A stretch of DNA of 64,000 nucleotides, taken from positions 238,749 through 302,748 of the forward strand of contig RDEW01000032.1 in the NCBI GenBank assembly GCA_011109175.1. The letters run 5' to 3'. Shown piece after piece: positions 62,521-64,000 of this stretch (the first letter of the stretch is position 1; the number at the start of each line of letters is the position of its first letter). A program made the translations under genes and the position numbers. The notes beneath the pieces were generated by a model. The model did no database searches and had not been told where the DNA came from. It saw nothing but the letters and a program-made list of their open reading frames with translations. The DNA comes from Dicyema japonicum. Taxonomy: Eukaryota > Animalia > Dicyemida.

Positions 62521-63234
62521 GGTATTTTTGTTCAATTTTTAAAATACTAAGAATTTTACATTAAATTTAATGATTTTTCGATTTTATGATTTTTAGGTGA
62601 AACAGTTCTATCAAATGGCCTGAGAAGAAGCTTAATATGGTGGACTACATTAAAAAGTATGGGAATGAGATATTGGAAAAGAAGTGTAAAGGAAGTTTTT
62701 CGGTGCTACGAAATTGGTAAGATGAACGTGTAAGACTAGAACTGATAAGGTTCCCGCAAAGCAACTGACTTCCATGACTGCATATTCTTTTTCTTTGAGG
62801 TTAAACATTTTGCCGACCTGTCTATGGCTTGGCCGGTTTAAAGACGAAAACAAATTTAAAATAAAATAAAGAATTAATTTACATTAATAGAATTTTCTAA
62901 ACTTAATTTAAAATTCTACGACATTTTCAACGCGAAACATAATTATGATAAGCATAAAATGAATTCTTTTTTTCAAAATATTCCATATTTTGAAAAACTG
63001 TCGATTACTACCAGAACCTTTTAATTACTTTATTTAAATAATCATGAGTATTCGTAGTTTATTTAAAATACTTACGCAATTCAATAAGATCGGCTAGGTA
63101 TCAGTCACGAGGTTTTTTTTTAATTATTGGCGTGATTGGATGTTTAGTCAACATCATTTTTTGGTTTGACAAAAAATGCACTTATTTATTACTTCTTGAA
63201 TTTTTTCCCGTAGATTGTATATTTGTTTTTTTAA

Positions 63235-63455
63235 ATAAATTAAAATTATTCCAAAAACCAAAAATAGTCAAACTAACTATCTCCTTGATCCTGATTTCAG
63301 AACTTGTCTCTAATAACTACATTGTCCTCGGGGAAAGAATAGTGGATCCTCTTGATGCCGGCCAGGCATTGGGCGTCTGATCAGTAAGGTGGATCCAATA
63401 ACGCATCAAATGTAGGGAAAATAATTATTGACATACTAGCTACATAACACCACGT
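63235..63455 (-). repeat. Pseudoknot-core SINE-like repeat, subfamily B
   Basis: The reverse complement aligns with 46688-46925 over head, core (63404-63344) and tail. Confidence 0.85.
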
Positions 63456-63479
63456 GGCCATATTCATATAAGCACTAGA

Positions 63480-63990
63480 ATAATCTATATATCTTGTCTC
63501 TACTAATTTAAAAGACTATATAACCTGTATTTACCAAAATGACCATAATAGTGTTAGTCTATTTTTAAATCAGCAGCACTATTTACATTAATCGTTTGAA
63601 TCTTTGACGACCTGGGCATATTGAGAGATCCTTATAAACACAGAAAACCTGGAACAACCTAACTCTTTTTATTATATATTTTCCCCGCACATGCGGGCTA
63701 TAAATATTATGGCTCTCATGAAAGTGCTAATAATAATAACCTGTCTCAACCAAAATGGACATAATTGTGTTCATCCAATTTTTAGATCAGCAACACTATT
63801 AACCTTCCATCGTTAGAATCTACGTAAAAAAATCTCATCCTGAATCCATTTGTCAGGTAAAATAGTTTTTCATCTCATCTCAAAAGATTCAGCCAATTTA
63901 CTGAGTCTATATCTTCTGCCTTTTAGGAATTTGAGGAGAATCTTAATTCATTTTTAAATTTTTATTATTTCCATTTCGCACAGCGACAGG
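63480..63990 (-). other. Possible degenerate cadherin-like coding fragment
   Basis: Broken frames give YVDSNDGRLIVLL and KLDEHNYVHF, loosely like the cadherin F-x-ID-x-x-x-G-x-I-x-L...LD-x-E pattern; intron-like GT...AG segments are present. Confidence 0.25.
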
Positions 63991-64000
63991 TAACTCATTT

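Overview
AT-rich eukaryotic genomic DNA, most likely from an animal, with uniformly tiny (22-30 nt) GT-AG introns and the standard genetic code. This is consistent with a highly reduced metazoan such as a dicyemid or myxozoan, but the host cannot be identified from the window alone. Host genes hidden by the micro-introns include a secreted C-type lectin with a decayed paralog, nucleoside diphosphate kinase, an annexin with a partial duplicate, a helical protein with Y-D-x-L repeats, a small protein with an MPLKIP/TTDN1-like motif, a three-copy orphan gene family and several unknown multi-exon genes. There is also a 59-aa four-exon gene with a CD52/CD24-like architecture (signal peptide, short glycosylated core, putative GPI tail). 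Much of the rest is transposon debris: Jockey/I-, CRE-, L1/Tx1- and Penelope-like retroelements, and two hAT DNA transposons delimited by TIRs and 8-bp TSDs. One of these is a Buster whose transposase carries host-type micro-introns. The most striking non-coding signal is a dispersed SINE-like repeat (about 10 copies, three subfamilies). Its roughly 62-nt core keeps an HDV-ribozyme-like nested pseudoknot topology through compensatory base changes but lacks several canonical HDV catalytic-core residues. Many genes show single-base deletions in short homopolymers, which suggests assembly error rather than true pseudogenisation.
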